From contig CAVZKL010000017.1 in the NCBI GenBank assembly GCA_963775895.1, positions 32,001-96,000 of the forward strand: a stretch of DNA of 64,000 nt, in the 5' to 3' direction. Positions 41,597 to 51,693 of the stretch are shown one piece after another. The number at the start of each line of letters is the position of its first letter. The stretch's first letter is position 1. A model generated the notes under the pieces. It saw only the letters and a list, made by a program, of their open reading frames with translations. It searched no databases and was not told the origin of the DNA. The position numbers and the translations under genes were made by a program. Source of the DNA: Candidatus Bathyarchaeota archaeon. GTDB taxonomy: Archaea > Thermoproteota > Bathyarchaeia > Bathyarchaeales > Bathycorpusculaceae.

Positions 41597-43227
41597 ATTC
41601 GGCTCTCCAATATTTTTGACATGTAAACTCCATCGTAATCGTAACCGAACCGCTTGTAGTACTGTTTAGTGCCAAGGGCACTTATAACTAGAATCTTCTC
41701 AAAACCGTAATCATTCCGGGTTATGCGCTCGGCCTCGTTCAACAAAATGCCACCGTAACCTCTGTGTTGCCAAGCTTTTCGCAGGTGTTTGCCGACAGGA
41801 ACTAGCGTGCCGTAAACATGCAGTTCCCGCACCATTGTGCATGGTTCCGATGCAACTTCCGGCCTGTGGGCTTTGTCTGAGGGAACTCTCAGTCTCAGAT
41901 ACCCTATCAGAATGTCTCGCTCTGTGTTTTCAGCAGAAATGAAGATCTCTTTCCCTTCAGAAGCTTCATACTGTGTTCTTAGGATTTCAATTTCTGCTGG
42001 TTCCGGCCTCGGTGCTCCACTTCTGACCTTGTGACCGACTTCCCGGCAGCGGATGCAGCGGCACTTGGAACCTTCTTTTTCAAGTTTCTTTAGTGCGAGT
42101 TGACGTAGATTACTCTTATCCACTCCTCCTAATATCAGGGGGGCAGGGATGTCTCGTTGAACCCTCATTATTCTAATCCATGGTGGAACAATTTTCTTTA
42201 TTTCAGCAACAAGATTCACCGCTTCCTCGGTCGTGTAGGGCATATATTTGCCTTCCTTAAACCATTCATAGGTCTTCGTGTTTTTGAGAACCAAGCATGG
42301 GTAGATCTTGATCATGTCGGGTTTGAACTTTGAGTCTGTGAAGATCTTTTTGAATATCTTCAGGTCCTTTTCTGGGGTCGTGCCGGGAAGTCCTGGCATC
42401 ATGTGGTAAACGATTTTTAATCCTGAGTCTTTCGTTATTCGTGTGGCTTCAACGACGTCGGATACCGTGTGCTTTCTTCCGACAATACGATAAATTGCGT
42501 CGCTTGGATGTTGCACTCCCATCTCAACACGCGTTACACCCATAGCCAACATGCTGTCTACGTGTGCTTCTTTAGCCCAATCAGGGCGAGTTTCCACGGT
42601 TATTCCGACGTTGTGGATTCTGCTTGATTCAGCGTTCTTCTTTGCCGCTTCCAGACTGAATGATATTTTTCCCGTGATCGCGTCGAGGCATCGTTGTATG
42701 AACCAGCTTTGATAATCTGGAGGCGTTGCCGGGAACGTTCCCCCCATGATTATTAATTCAACCTTGTCCACTTTGTGGCCGATTGCCATCAACTGCTCCA
42801 TACGAGTCTTCACTTGCTTATACGGGTCAAACTGATTTTGCAGACCGCGCATTGCTGCTGGCTCGTGTCCCGTGTAGCTTTGTGGAACGCCTTGTGTTGG
42901 CCCTCCTGGGCAGTAGGCACAGGGTTCATCTTGGGGGCACTCGTACGGCTTGGTCATGGTAGCTATGATTGTCACGCCTGATATTGTACGGGTAGTCTTT
43001 CTGGTCAGGAGTGGGAGCAGTTTGCCTTTGTCGCTGGGCTTGAGCAAGCGGATTATTTCCGAGTTTGAGGTTGTCTTTTCAAGATGGTACTTGGATGCTG
43101 CCCGCGCTTTTGCGCGACTCAAATCTCGACTGGTCGGTGAGGGAATTAGCATCAGGCTTCGAATTATCTCTTCTACTGGCTCTTTCTCGTCCAAGATCGG
43201 GGCCGCCATTGGTTGAACTAGCGTCAC
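41593..43227 (-). CDS. elp3: Elp3 tRNA uridine(34) acetyltransferase (radical SAM + GNAT)
   Basis: RTISGV, CAYCPGGP, QSYTGHEPA, ETRPD, RELHVYG and WQHRGYG motifs. Confidence 0.95.
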   Translation of the reverse strand: MTLVQPMAAPILDEKEPVEEIIRSLMLIPSPTSRDLSRAKARAASKYHLEKTTSNSEIIRLLKPSDKGKLLPLLTRKTTRTISGVTIIATMTKPYECPQDEPCAYCPGGPTQGVPQSYTGHEPAAMRGLQNQFDPYKQVKTRMEQLMAIGHKVDKVELIIMGGTFPATPPDYQSWFIQRCLDAITGKISFSLEAAKKNAESSRIHNVGITVETRPDWAKEAHVDSMLAMGVTRVEMGVQHPSDAIYRIVGRKHTVSDVVEATRITKDSGLKIVYHMMPGLPGTTPEKDLKIFKKIFTDSKFKPDMIKIYPCLVLKNTKTYEWFKEGKYMPYTTEEAVNLVAEIKKIVPPWIRIMRVQRDIPAPLILGGVDKSNLRQLALKKLEKEGSKCRCIRCREVGHKVRSGAPRPEPAEIEILRTQYEASEGKEIFISAENTERDILIGYLRLRVPSDKAHRPEVASEPCTMVRELHVYGTLVPVGKHLRKAWQHRGYGGILLNEAERITRNDYGFEKILVISALGTKQYYKRFGYDYDGVYMSKILESRI

Positions 43228-43249
43228 TCACGTAGATAAATCGCGCTAA

Positions 43250-44830
43250 TCAGTCACGTTGTCTGGAATATGTGATCTTACCGTTGACGATTACCGCGTC
43301 CACGGTGACGTCTCGTATCATGTTTCGCGGAGTTTGGGTCAAGTCTTTTGAAAAGATCGTCAGATCAGCGTACTTGCCTTTTTCAATCGTTCCCTTTTTG
43401 TTTTCATCGAACGACGCGTACGCAGCGTTGATGGTGTACGTTCTCAATGCCTCTTCTAAGGCAAGGCTTTCATTTGATTTATCTTTCCTATCGATTGCAG
43501 CCCAGAGCCCCAACAATGGGTTGATCAGCTCGACAGGACAATCTGAGCCAGAAGCCACAACTATTCCTCGATCAATTAGCGTTTTGAAGGGGTAGGCCCA
43601 TCTTGCCCTTTGAGGCCCGACACGGTCAAGAGTCCAGAAATCTGAGACTACGAAATGAGGTTGCACTGATGCGATGAGACCTAGATGTTTCATCCGCGAG
43701 ATCAATTCAGCGCTTATAATTGAGCAATGTTCGATCCGATGCCTGTGATCTTTTCGCGGCGACTTCTCTAGCGCCTTTTCAATGGCCTGAATAACGTTTT
43801 CTATGGCACGATCACCAATTGCGTGAACCCCTATCTGTAATCCGTTTGAATGTGCCTTCAGAATCAGTTCTTGCAGCCTTTCCTGCGCGTAAAGCATAAT
43901 TCCCCTCGTTTTTGGATCGTCCGTATATCCTTCCTTGAGGGCTGCTGTGCGAGTGCCTAGTGAGCCATCAGCCAGAATCTTGACAAAGCCTACTTTCAGC
44001 ATGTCATTCCCGAATCCTGTGACGAGACCTAGACGCACCATTTCGTCCAACATTTCCACTGGTATGCCAAGGTAGATTCTCAGGGACAGTTTCTCCTCCG
44101 AGAGCATTTTTTGTAGAACACGCACTTCTTCAGCAGAGTTTACAAGCCAGTGAACCTCCGTCAAACCTGATTCCACCGCTTTCTGGCAGGCCAAAAAACA
44201 TGCTTCCTCGTAGGTTTTGCTGCTTGGGTTCGGAACTAGTCTCCAAACGAGACCGGTCGCGTTGCCTCTTAGGATGCCATTAGGCTCTCCTTTGTGCTCG
44301 TCTAAGTCTACGACTCCACCTTTGACTTTGGTGCGTTTGGTTATTCCTGCAAGTTGGAGAGCCCTGCTGTTGGCGACCGATAAGTGTCCGCAGACTCGGT
44401 TGAGAAAGACGGGTTTGTCTGAAACTACAGCGTCGAGGTCCCATCTGGTTGGGTAGCGTCTTTCTGAGAATTTTTCTTCGTCCCATCGTCCACCTAAGAT
44501 CCATTCTTGCTCAGGGTTCTTTTCGGCGTATTCACGAAGGTTGTTCTGCATTTCTTTTATCGATTTTGAGTGCCTTAGATTCGGTTCTTGCAGTGAAAAC
44601 CCGAATTCTTTCATGTGGACGTGACAGTCGACCAGCCCCGGCACGACTGTGTTGTGTTTGCAGTCGATGATTTTTGTGTCTTTGCATCTGAGTTTGAGAA
44701 CTTCTGCTTTGGAACCGACGGCAACTATCTTTTCGCCATGAATTGCGATTGCTTCAGCCCTAGGGTGTTTAGGGTCCAAGGTTATGACATTGGCGTTAAG
44801 AACCAGGATACTAGACTCTGGAACGTTCAT
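43250..44830 (-). CDS. Amidohydrolase 3 (YtcJ-like)
   Basis: PGLVDCHVH, DGSLGTRTA, HAIGD, RIEH and GSDCP motifs. Confidence 0.9.
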   Translation of the reverse strand: MNVPESSILVLNANVITLDPKHPRAEAIAIHGEKIVAVGSKAEVLKLRCKDTKIIDCKHNTVVPGLVDCHVHMKEFGFSLQEPNLRHSKSIKEMQNNLREYAEKNPEQEWILGGRWDEEKFSERRYPTRWDLDAVVSDKPVFLNRVCGHLSVANSRALQLAGITKRTKVKGGVVDLDEHKGEPNGILRGNATGLVWRLVPNPSSKTYEEACFLACQKAVESGLTEVHWLVNSAEEVRVLQKMLSEEKLSLRIYLGIPVEMLDEMVRLGLVTGFGNDMLKVGFVKILADGSLGTRTAALKEGYTDDPKTRGIMLYAQERLQELILKAHSNGLQIGVHAIGDRAIENVIQAIEKALEKSPRKDHRHRIEHCSIISAELISRMKHLGLIASVQPHFVVSDFWTLDRVGPQRARWAYPFKTLIDRGIVVASGSDCPVELINPLLGLWAAIDRKDKSNESLALEEALRTYTINAAYASFDENKKGTIEKGKYADLTIFSKDLTQTPRNMIRDVTVDAVIVNGKITYSRQRD

Positions 44831-44857
44831 GAATGTTCGGAAACCAGAGTTACAGCC

Positions 44858-45019
44858 TTAAACCCAGTTTTGCCCAGGCTTTCTCTGGAGGATTACCCTC
44901 TTCTCGTAGTTCCGCTTATTTCTGAAACGCGGGCTTGGACTCTTCTTAGGAGTAGCCTGAATCTTGGGAGTCTGAGATCTAACTTTTCCTGCTTTTGAAA
45001 GTGAACCGTGAGTGGGCAT
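44858..45019 (-). CDS. rps30e: 30S ribosomal protein S30e (not in ORF track)
   Basis: [20 protein letters not shown]...NYEKR, 53 aa. Confidence 0.93.
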   Translation of the reverse strand: MPTHGSLSKAGKVRSQTPKIQATPKKSPSPRFRNKRNYEKRVILQRKPGQNWV

Positions 45020-45092
45020 AATTTCGCACCTTTTTCATGTAGAAGCCCACAGCAACTCTTAAACATTTCCGCACAACATTCAGATAGATAAT

Positions 45093-45180
45093 GCGGGGGT
45101 CGCCGAGCATGGTCAAAGGCGTAGGCTTCAGGAGCCTATCCCGCAGGGGTTCGTGGGTTCAAATCCCACCCCCCGCACCA
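45093..45180 (+). tRNA. tRNA-Leu(CAG), CCA encoded
   Basis: GCGGGGG acceptor stem, TAGGC-TTCAGGA-GCCTA anticodon arm, long variable arm. Confidence 0.95.
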
Positions 45181-45217
45181 CATGTTGAAAGATGACGGGG
45201 GTCCTGAAATCAACGGT

Positions 45218-45403
45218 TTATTGATCGGAAGCCAAGGGATCTTTGGGTTTTGCGAAGATCTTGCCACCGTCAGTGTATTCACCGGTACAGTACTTCTATC
45301 CGTCTTCGATGAGAGCGCAGGCTTCGTTGACGTTGTGAGCTATCTTTGTAACGTATTCTTGTTCGTTTTTGAATAGCACTTGGGCAAGGTGGATGTATCG
45401 CAG
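45218..45403 (-). pseudogene. Tyrosine integrase C-terminal remnant
   Basis: Reads LRYIHLAQVLFKNEQEYVTKIAHNVNEACALIEDG*KYCTGEYTDGGKIFAKPKD. It includes a catalytic-Tyr-like motif and an internal TAG at 45296-45298, and points toward the tRNA 3' end. Confidence 0.7.
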
Positions 45404-45414
45404 CGCGCACGCTA

Positions 45415-46938
45415 TTAGAATGCTTTCTTCCCAATAGGGAAGAGTGATATTTTGAAACTGTGTTTTCCAAGCTCCAGAGCCTTTGGGCAGGGTATTCTTG
45501 GGCCTGCGTCTCCGTGACTTAGAATCTGAACGCTGCGAACCAGTGTGAAATAGGCGTCTCCGTTATCTTTGACTTCATAGTCGAAGCAATCGTCGCTACT
45601 GAAGCGAAGCCCATTACCGTTTTGATCTTTGTATTCGAAGAAATCGTTGAGGGCATGCGGAGTGTTCAGTTTTCTCTCGACGAAAACGTCTTTGCAAAGA
45701 TGATGAATCAATCTGCCATTTCTTATACCAGTGTTCACGATGAGCCTTAGGACGTGTCTGGGATATTGGAAATTTGTTTGGACCAGCAGATCCAAGGTGG
45801 AATCGTTAAGACGTGATTTTAACTTGACGGAGTTTTGGGAAAGGGCAACTTTCACTGATGGTATGGTGTGGTATAGGTCTCCCTCTTCAGATTTAAGTTC
45901 GAAGGAAATCTTGCGCAGGAAATTTCCTTTGTATGCTTTTCCTTTCGTTACTGCTTTTTTGGCAATTTGGATATTTTTTAGCTTTTTCTCCGCGTTTGGA
46001 TATACTTCGTCGATCCCAGTGCCGCAGATGAGGTCGTGGAATGTTGCATAGAGTAAATTCTTCCATTCTTCATCATCAGCTTCTTTGTTTAATACTTCTT
46101 TTTCAGCGCTTCTATAGAGTTGCTTGAAACTGATTCTGCTGCTATAATATCCTTTGAAATTACGCGTAATCGGATAACATCTCGCCTGTTATCGTCGGTA
46201 ACTTGCTGTTTTTCTAATTCCCTGAAGAATTCTGAAGGTAAAGCGAATTTAGCTCCTTTAGTTTCATGAACCTGTTGAATGAGTTTTTCATGTGGGACAC
46301 AGAAATCTCCTCCAAAAGGTATGAAAGCAAGGTCTGTTGTAGGCTCTAAGGGCATGTGTAGCTTTCGCTAAACTGTTAAAGTAATACCCGAACAAGCTAT
46401 AACCATGCTTCATCCAGTGGGCAAGAATGGTAGTTCCGTCTGTTCCAGTCCAATAAAATTCTTGGGTAGAGTCAGGTTCATTCATCCCTCTCCAAAAAAC
46501 GTAATATTTTAGGTTTGCTTCTCTCGCTATTTTGGGCATGATTCCCGGATGTCCAAAGCAATCAATCATCCAGGCAACTTGAGGTTTTGTGTTAAATTCT
46601 TTTTTAGCAAAATCATTCATGATTTCATAATTCTTCTTTATTACAAATGGAGAAATAAGATTAAGATCCGGCATCACATATCCTGCGTTAACAACTTCTA
46701 TCCTACCTTCAAGAATCCTATCAGCAACTTGAAGGAATAATTTTGGCCTTTCCATTTTCATCTTCTCAAGATAGAATGCTTGATCAACAACATACTTGAA
46801 ACTCCTATCTTTTTCCATTATTTCCATGACTTTACCCAAGATTTTGTAGACTTTTTTCAAGTATTCCTTTTCTGTGTTAATCCATGCAACATCGTAATGA
46901 AAATGGGGAATTACGAATACTCTCTTCTCTAAATCCAT
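45415..46938 (-). CDS. Glycoside hydrolase family 38 (alpha-mannosidase-like), frameshifted
   Basis: PHFHYDVAW, WMIDCFGH, EFYWTGTDG, GGDF and ATFHDLICGTG motifs across three frames. Confidence 0.85.
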
Positions 46939-47162
46939 AAAATCAAACCGGTGGACGGAATTTAAGAACTTTGCTGCCTTCGAAGTTGGACTAAGACAAA
47001 GATATTCAGAAGCCCACGCGCGCTAACCCAAGAGCAGTAATGTCAATTGGAAAAAAGGGGGTTTTGCGGGAGATGTTAAGTTCTGCTTCAATATCGCCAG
47101 CTTGACGTGGGTTCAAATCCCACCCCCGCACTACAATTTGGGTCCAGCTTAAGTCACGTGCC

Positions 47163-48112
47163 TCATTTCACAGCTTCTTCTGTAATAATCTTTGGAGTTC
47201 TGGTCCATCCGGAATAATGGTGTGTCTTGGAAAGAAATTCTCTTAGAAGAAGGTACATCTCCTTTACGTTGATGGCTATTAGCGATACTAGCGTTAGGAG
47301 CGGGATCAAAGCGTAATAATAAAGCGGCGTCGAAGCTCCACGCTGGACTACCATCTGCAAGAATCCCGCACCTATTCCGTCGATCAGAAGTGGGAAATTG
47401 AGCAAAACGAGGCTGGCCACCAATGATAATCCTGCTCTTTTCAAGTCTAGCTTGTTGTAAAAGGCGAACAAGGGAAGCGAGAGTAAGAAAAACCTCGGGT
47501 CAAAAGCTCCTAGGCCCAGCACGATTCCTGACGGGATCGGTCGGCGAGTCCGACCCAAATAGAACGAGAGCAAGAGAAGAGTCGTGTTTAACACTTTGTC
47601 CTGTCCTTCGGCCCACTGCCAATAGTAGCTCACCGACAATCCCCAGTGCGGGACTGGCGATGGTTGAAGTAGTGCTATGATGATTACGACTGCTATTGCA
47701 AGGGCGCTTCTGTCTTTGAGCAACTCGTAGATCAAGAACGCCATGACGGGTAGAAGAAGCAATTGTATCAAGTCGAATGCTATCAAAGCCTGCTGGTAAT
47801 TCAAGGCTAGCAGGGGAGAGGCAAAATCAAGAATGAGGGCAGATACTTGAAAGGCTCAGGTTGCGGATAGATAGAAGGTCCCCCGTCGTTAACTGCGCCT
47901 TGAGTGTAAACGTTCGACGGATCATGAAGGAACCTCCACGAGGCCGTGTAGTAGGCTGAAAAATCCTTCGCGAGAATTTGATTAGCACAACATCCAGGAT
48001 CCACGATGAAAGTCTCGGGATATGCTTGAATGAAGGTGTACAAGTTGAGGAGGATCGCAACTATTACGATCAAGAGCAGAATTATTTTCTTCCTAGCTTC
48101 CTTCTTCAACAC
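47163..48112 (-). CDS. GT87-like membrane glycosyltransferase (frameshifted)
   Basis: KDFSAYY..FKYLP and WAEGQ motifs; multi-TM. Confidence 0.65.
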
Positions 48113-48337
48113 GAAAGCGATCCCACCATTTGCTTGAAAATAATCGTAGCGTATTTAGCGTTATCGACGTACGCCATGAAACCTACGAAGCTATCAAACA
48201 ATATGCTGAGGACACTTTCAAAGAACCGTAATATTCACAATTCCCGTTTCGATACAAAGCCTTTGGCTTGATTCCTATTCAGACACTAGAGCATTAACGA
48301 TCGCCCAACTTGCCGTGCGCGTATGTCACGTGCGAGC

Positions 48338-49342
48338 TCAGAGACCGATGCTGTTGATGACGCTGCCTGAGTTGCCATCGATGACCAGGACTATCTTGTT
48401 CCCTTTGTGGTCGTAACGGGCAAACCATATCGGCGCGTAAAGCAGCTCTGAATCTGCGACGTCCACATCCGTGTGTAACTGCTGGATCATATGGTACTGC
48501 GCGTGCGCCTTCTCGGATTGCAACTGGTCGACGAGCGTCTTTGCCTGATATTTGGCTGCCTCTTCTCCAACGTCACCGTTCAGGATCTTTATACCCTTTG
48601 GGACCTTCGAGACATCAAAGAGTGTTCTGTCGTCGAGGTTGAACTGGTAATTTCTGGGCTGATGCTCAGTCAGAGCCTTGAGCGCTACTATCGGGAAATT
48701 GTAGTTGTTGTTCATCTCGTAGGTTTTCCTCGCGTTAGCCTTGACCAGGACCCATCATGCGAGCCCAGCACCGCTCCCGCAAGAAGAGGCCCTGCGAAAC
48801 CTCCCCACCGCGTCTGCCGCCGAAGCGCCGACCCCATCACGCCAGCGAGAGCGGCGGTGGTGGCGATCTCTCCAGCTTGAACTGCCATGTCACTGGCCAC
48901 GACGGATGTCCTTGCTGAGACAGAAACAATCCAATATGGAACAAAGCTCAGGTTTATCTCTTCGAGCGTTGAACTCTCCTGAAGATGTCTGTGGAGCAGT
49001 CCTCTGTCCATGAGGTCACGGGTCCTCGGCGACGACCTGGTCCTTTTCTGCAAACTTGAGCGGAAGCATCGTCTGTTTCTGTACGCCCCTCCAACCGTCG
49101 TTTCCTAATGTTATACCAGTTCCACAGTACTCACAGGTTATGATCATCTCGCCGAATTTGGGCGTGATAGGTGCGCCACAATTGGGGCACTTCAGCGCCT
49201 TTGCTCCCAAAGGGGCAATGATCGGTGCCGTCGAAGCTGCGGTCTGCTTTGCTTGTGCAGTGGCAAGGTTGGTTCCGCACTTGATGCAGAAGACGGCATC
49301 ATCTGGAAGTTGGGTTCCGCACTTAGGACAGTACAAGTTCAC
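48338..49342 (-). CDS. Zinc-ribbon-containing protein (split into 3 ORFs)
   Basis: CPKCG..CIKCG and CPNCG..CEYCG; FVPYW and YAPIW..VIDGNSG motifs. Confidence 0.7.
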
Positions 49343-49662
49343 TGCACCTCATCACGGCAATTTGTCTCTTTCGATAGATACGTGATCGTGCTGACTTTCG
49401 CCAGCTTGTTCTGGAAAACTGTTCTTTTGTGTATGAATCGTCTTGTGGCAATCTGACAACTCAGAAACTTACGTCTGAGGTTTTTTGCACATGGTCTCCT
49501 AAATACTTGTTGGCGCATACGGAATCGAACAGCATCGATCAACCGCCTCTTGTTGACCGTTACCTAACGTTCGTGTTCTCCCTGACGAGGCAAACACAAG
49601 CTTTTATTGTGGCATAGGCTTCCCTTTACGGCAACGTCTTCGACGGCGAAAGTGAAGTTTGC

Positions 49663-50652
49663 TTGGAAAATGCCATAGAGACGAGTGATCTTACGAGGCG
49701 CTTCAACGGACTCGTGGCAGTTGACGCCCTAAACATTGCGGTCGAACAAGGCGAAGTTTTCGGTTTGTTGGGGCCAAACGGTGCAGGCAAGACGACGACT
49801 ATCTCCATGCTCTGCACAATCTTGAAACCCACTTCCGGCACAGCGAGAGTCAACGGTTTTGACATTGTCAAGCAGGACACACAGGTACGCAAGTCGATCG
49901 GCATAGTCTTTCAGGATCCGAGCATCGACGACAGACTTACCGGACGAGAGAATCTTTACATGCACGCCAACCTCTACGGCGTTCCGACGGGGGAGCAGAA
50001 GTCACGCATCGACAGAATTCTGAAGTTGGTTGAGCTTGAAGACAGGGCTGACGATCTTATGCGGACCTACTCGGGCGGGATGAGACGTAGGCTGGAGATC
50101 GCTCGGGGTCTCATTCATTATCCAAAGGTCTTATTCTTAGACGAACCGACAATTGGGCTTGATCCTCAGACAAGGGAGCACATTTGGTCATACATAGAGG
50201 AACTGAGGAAAGCTCACGCCATCACGATCGTTCTGACAACGCACTACATGGAGGAGGCTGACAGACTTTCGGATCGGATAGCCATCATGGACTACGGTAA
50301 AATCGTGGCTTCAGACACGCCCTCTGGGTTGAAAGAAACCCTCGAAGGGGACGTCATAACGGTGAAGACCAAGGAGGCTGACAGGCTTTCTTCGGTACTG
50401 GCTGGGACGCCTGGGATTCTAAAGACCGTGGTCGCTGAAGACAGGGTCGACGTCACTGTTCGAGGCGGAAGGGCTCTTTTGCCCAGAATTGTTGAAACCG
50501 CTGCGAAAAACGGTGTGTTCGTTGAGTCCGTGTCTTTGCGTGAGCCGAACCTAGCGGATGTTTTCTTGCACTATACTGGTCGTGCGATTCGTCCTGAAGG
50601 TGGCGATGAACTACACGGACTGGCAGCCATCAGGAGGAGGCGCATCAAATGA
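49663..50652 (+). CDS. ABC-2 (DrrA-like) ATP-binding protein
   Basis: GPNGAGKTT, YSGGM and LDEPT motifs. Confidence 0.92.
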   Translation: MENAIETSDLTRRFNGLVAVDALNIAVEQGEVFGLLGPNGAGKTTTISMLCTILKPTSGTARVNGFDIVKQDTQVRKSIGIVFQDPSIDDRLTGRENLYMHANLYGVPTGEQKSRIDRILKLVELEDRADDLMRTYSGGMRRRLEIARGLIHYPKVLFLDEPTIGLDPQTREHIWSYIEELRKAHAITIVLTTHYMEEADRLSDRIAIMDYGKIVASDTPSGLKETLEGDVITVKTKEADRLSSVLAGTPGILKTVVAEDRVDVTVRGGRALLPRIVETAAKNGVFVESVSLREPNLADVFLHYTGRAIRPEGGDELHGLAAIRRRRIK

Positions 50653-51410
50653 CCGAACTCAGGGGCGTCTACACGCTTTGGCTGCGTGAAGTCAAACGCT
50701 ATTTGCGAGATAGAGCAAGAATCATCAGCAGCTTCGTACAGCCATTGCTATGGCTGGTCATCTTCGGTAGTGGACTGCGCGTGGTGTCTGGATTACCGCC
50801 TAACCTAACGTATCAACAGTATATTTTTCCTGGGATACTTGGGCAGACGCTCCTTTTCACTTCGATGTTTATGGGCATATCCGTCATATGGGACAGAGAA
50901 TTTGGGTTTCTCAAAGAGATATTGGTGGCACCCATTTCGCGCCTTTCAGTATTCTTGGGGAAGATGTTGGGCGACAGCACAGACGCATTAATCCAAGGAA
51001 CAATCGTTTTCGCGCTGGGTCTGCTGCTGGGAATAGGCTTCGACCCTCGGACTTTTTTGGAGACTTTGCCCGTAATGATTTTGATCACTTTTGGACTCGT
51101 GGGGATAGGGCTAACGGTAGCTAGTTTCATAGAGAGTCTAGAAAGTTTCGGCGTGATCCAAAGTTTCATCAACCTGCCTCTATTCTTCCTGAGTGGTGCG
51201 CTTTTCCCGATCGGAGGAGATGCGCCCAGCTGGCTGCAAATCGTGTCAAGATTCAACCCGTTGACCTACGGCGTGGACGCTCTGAGAACGGTTATCCTAG
51301 GAAGCGCATGGACACCAATTCAACCACTGTCCTTTGACCTCGTGGTAGTATGCGGATTTGACATAATCATGATGATCATCGGAACAATCGCTTTCAGCAG
51401 AAGAAAATAG
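50649..51410 (+). CDS. ABC-2 permease
   Basis: WDREFGFLKEILVAP and NPLTYGVD motifs. Confidence 0.9.
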   Translation: MTELRGVYTLWLREVKRYLRDRARIISSFVQPLLWLVIFGSGLRVVSGLPPNLTYQQYIFPGILGQTLLFTSMFMGISVIWDREFGFLKEILVAPISRLSVFLGKMLGDSTDALIQGTIVFALGLLLGIGFDPRTFLETLPVMILITFGLVGIGLTVASFIESLESFGVIQSFINLPLFFLSGALFPIGGDAPSWLQIVSRFNPLTYGVDALRTVILGSAWTPIQPLSFDLVVVCGFDIIMMIIGTIAFSRRK

Positions 51411-51693
51411 GCCAAGCCGAACGTGCAGGATCAGGAAACCAAAAGAGTCCAAGTGAACCGAAAGTCGTACCTTGTTTTGATTCTCAGAATACAATGCGCA
51501 TGTTCAGCTGTCAAAAGCCAAAACAGTCGTATACTCAGCAAGATTCTGTTTTGACAAAAAGCGTAAGCCACAGAGATTTGGATATTTCCTTCAAGAGACT
51601 CGCCAATATCCGTATAAGCTAATCTTACAATCAGGAATGGAAAGGGGAAATAGGTTTCACTGTAAAGATTCGCATTGGGAAATAGTGAAGTAA

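Larger units (their letters stand above)
45152..47131. mobile_element. Degenerate integrative islet at the tRNA-Leu 3' end, flanked by att-like direct repeats
   Basis: CGTGGGTTCAAATCCCACCCCCCGCAC (45152-45178) repeats at 47106-47131 with one C fewer; the interior is AT-richer and holds an integrase remnant. Confidence 0.85.

Noticed and set aside
51411-51693. Possible metal-sensing riboswitch upstream of mgtA (AATCTTACA/TGTAAAGATT stem, AAAGGGGA)
   Set aside because: Neither the M-box nor the yybP-ykoY consensus could be completed by eye; cmsearch would be needed
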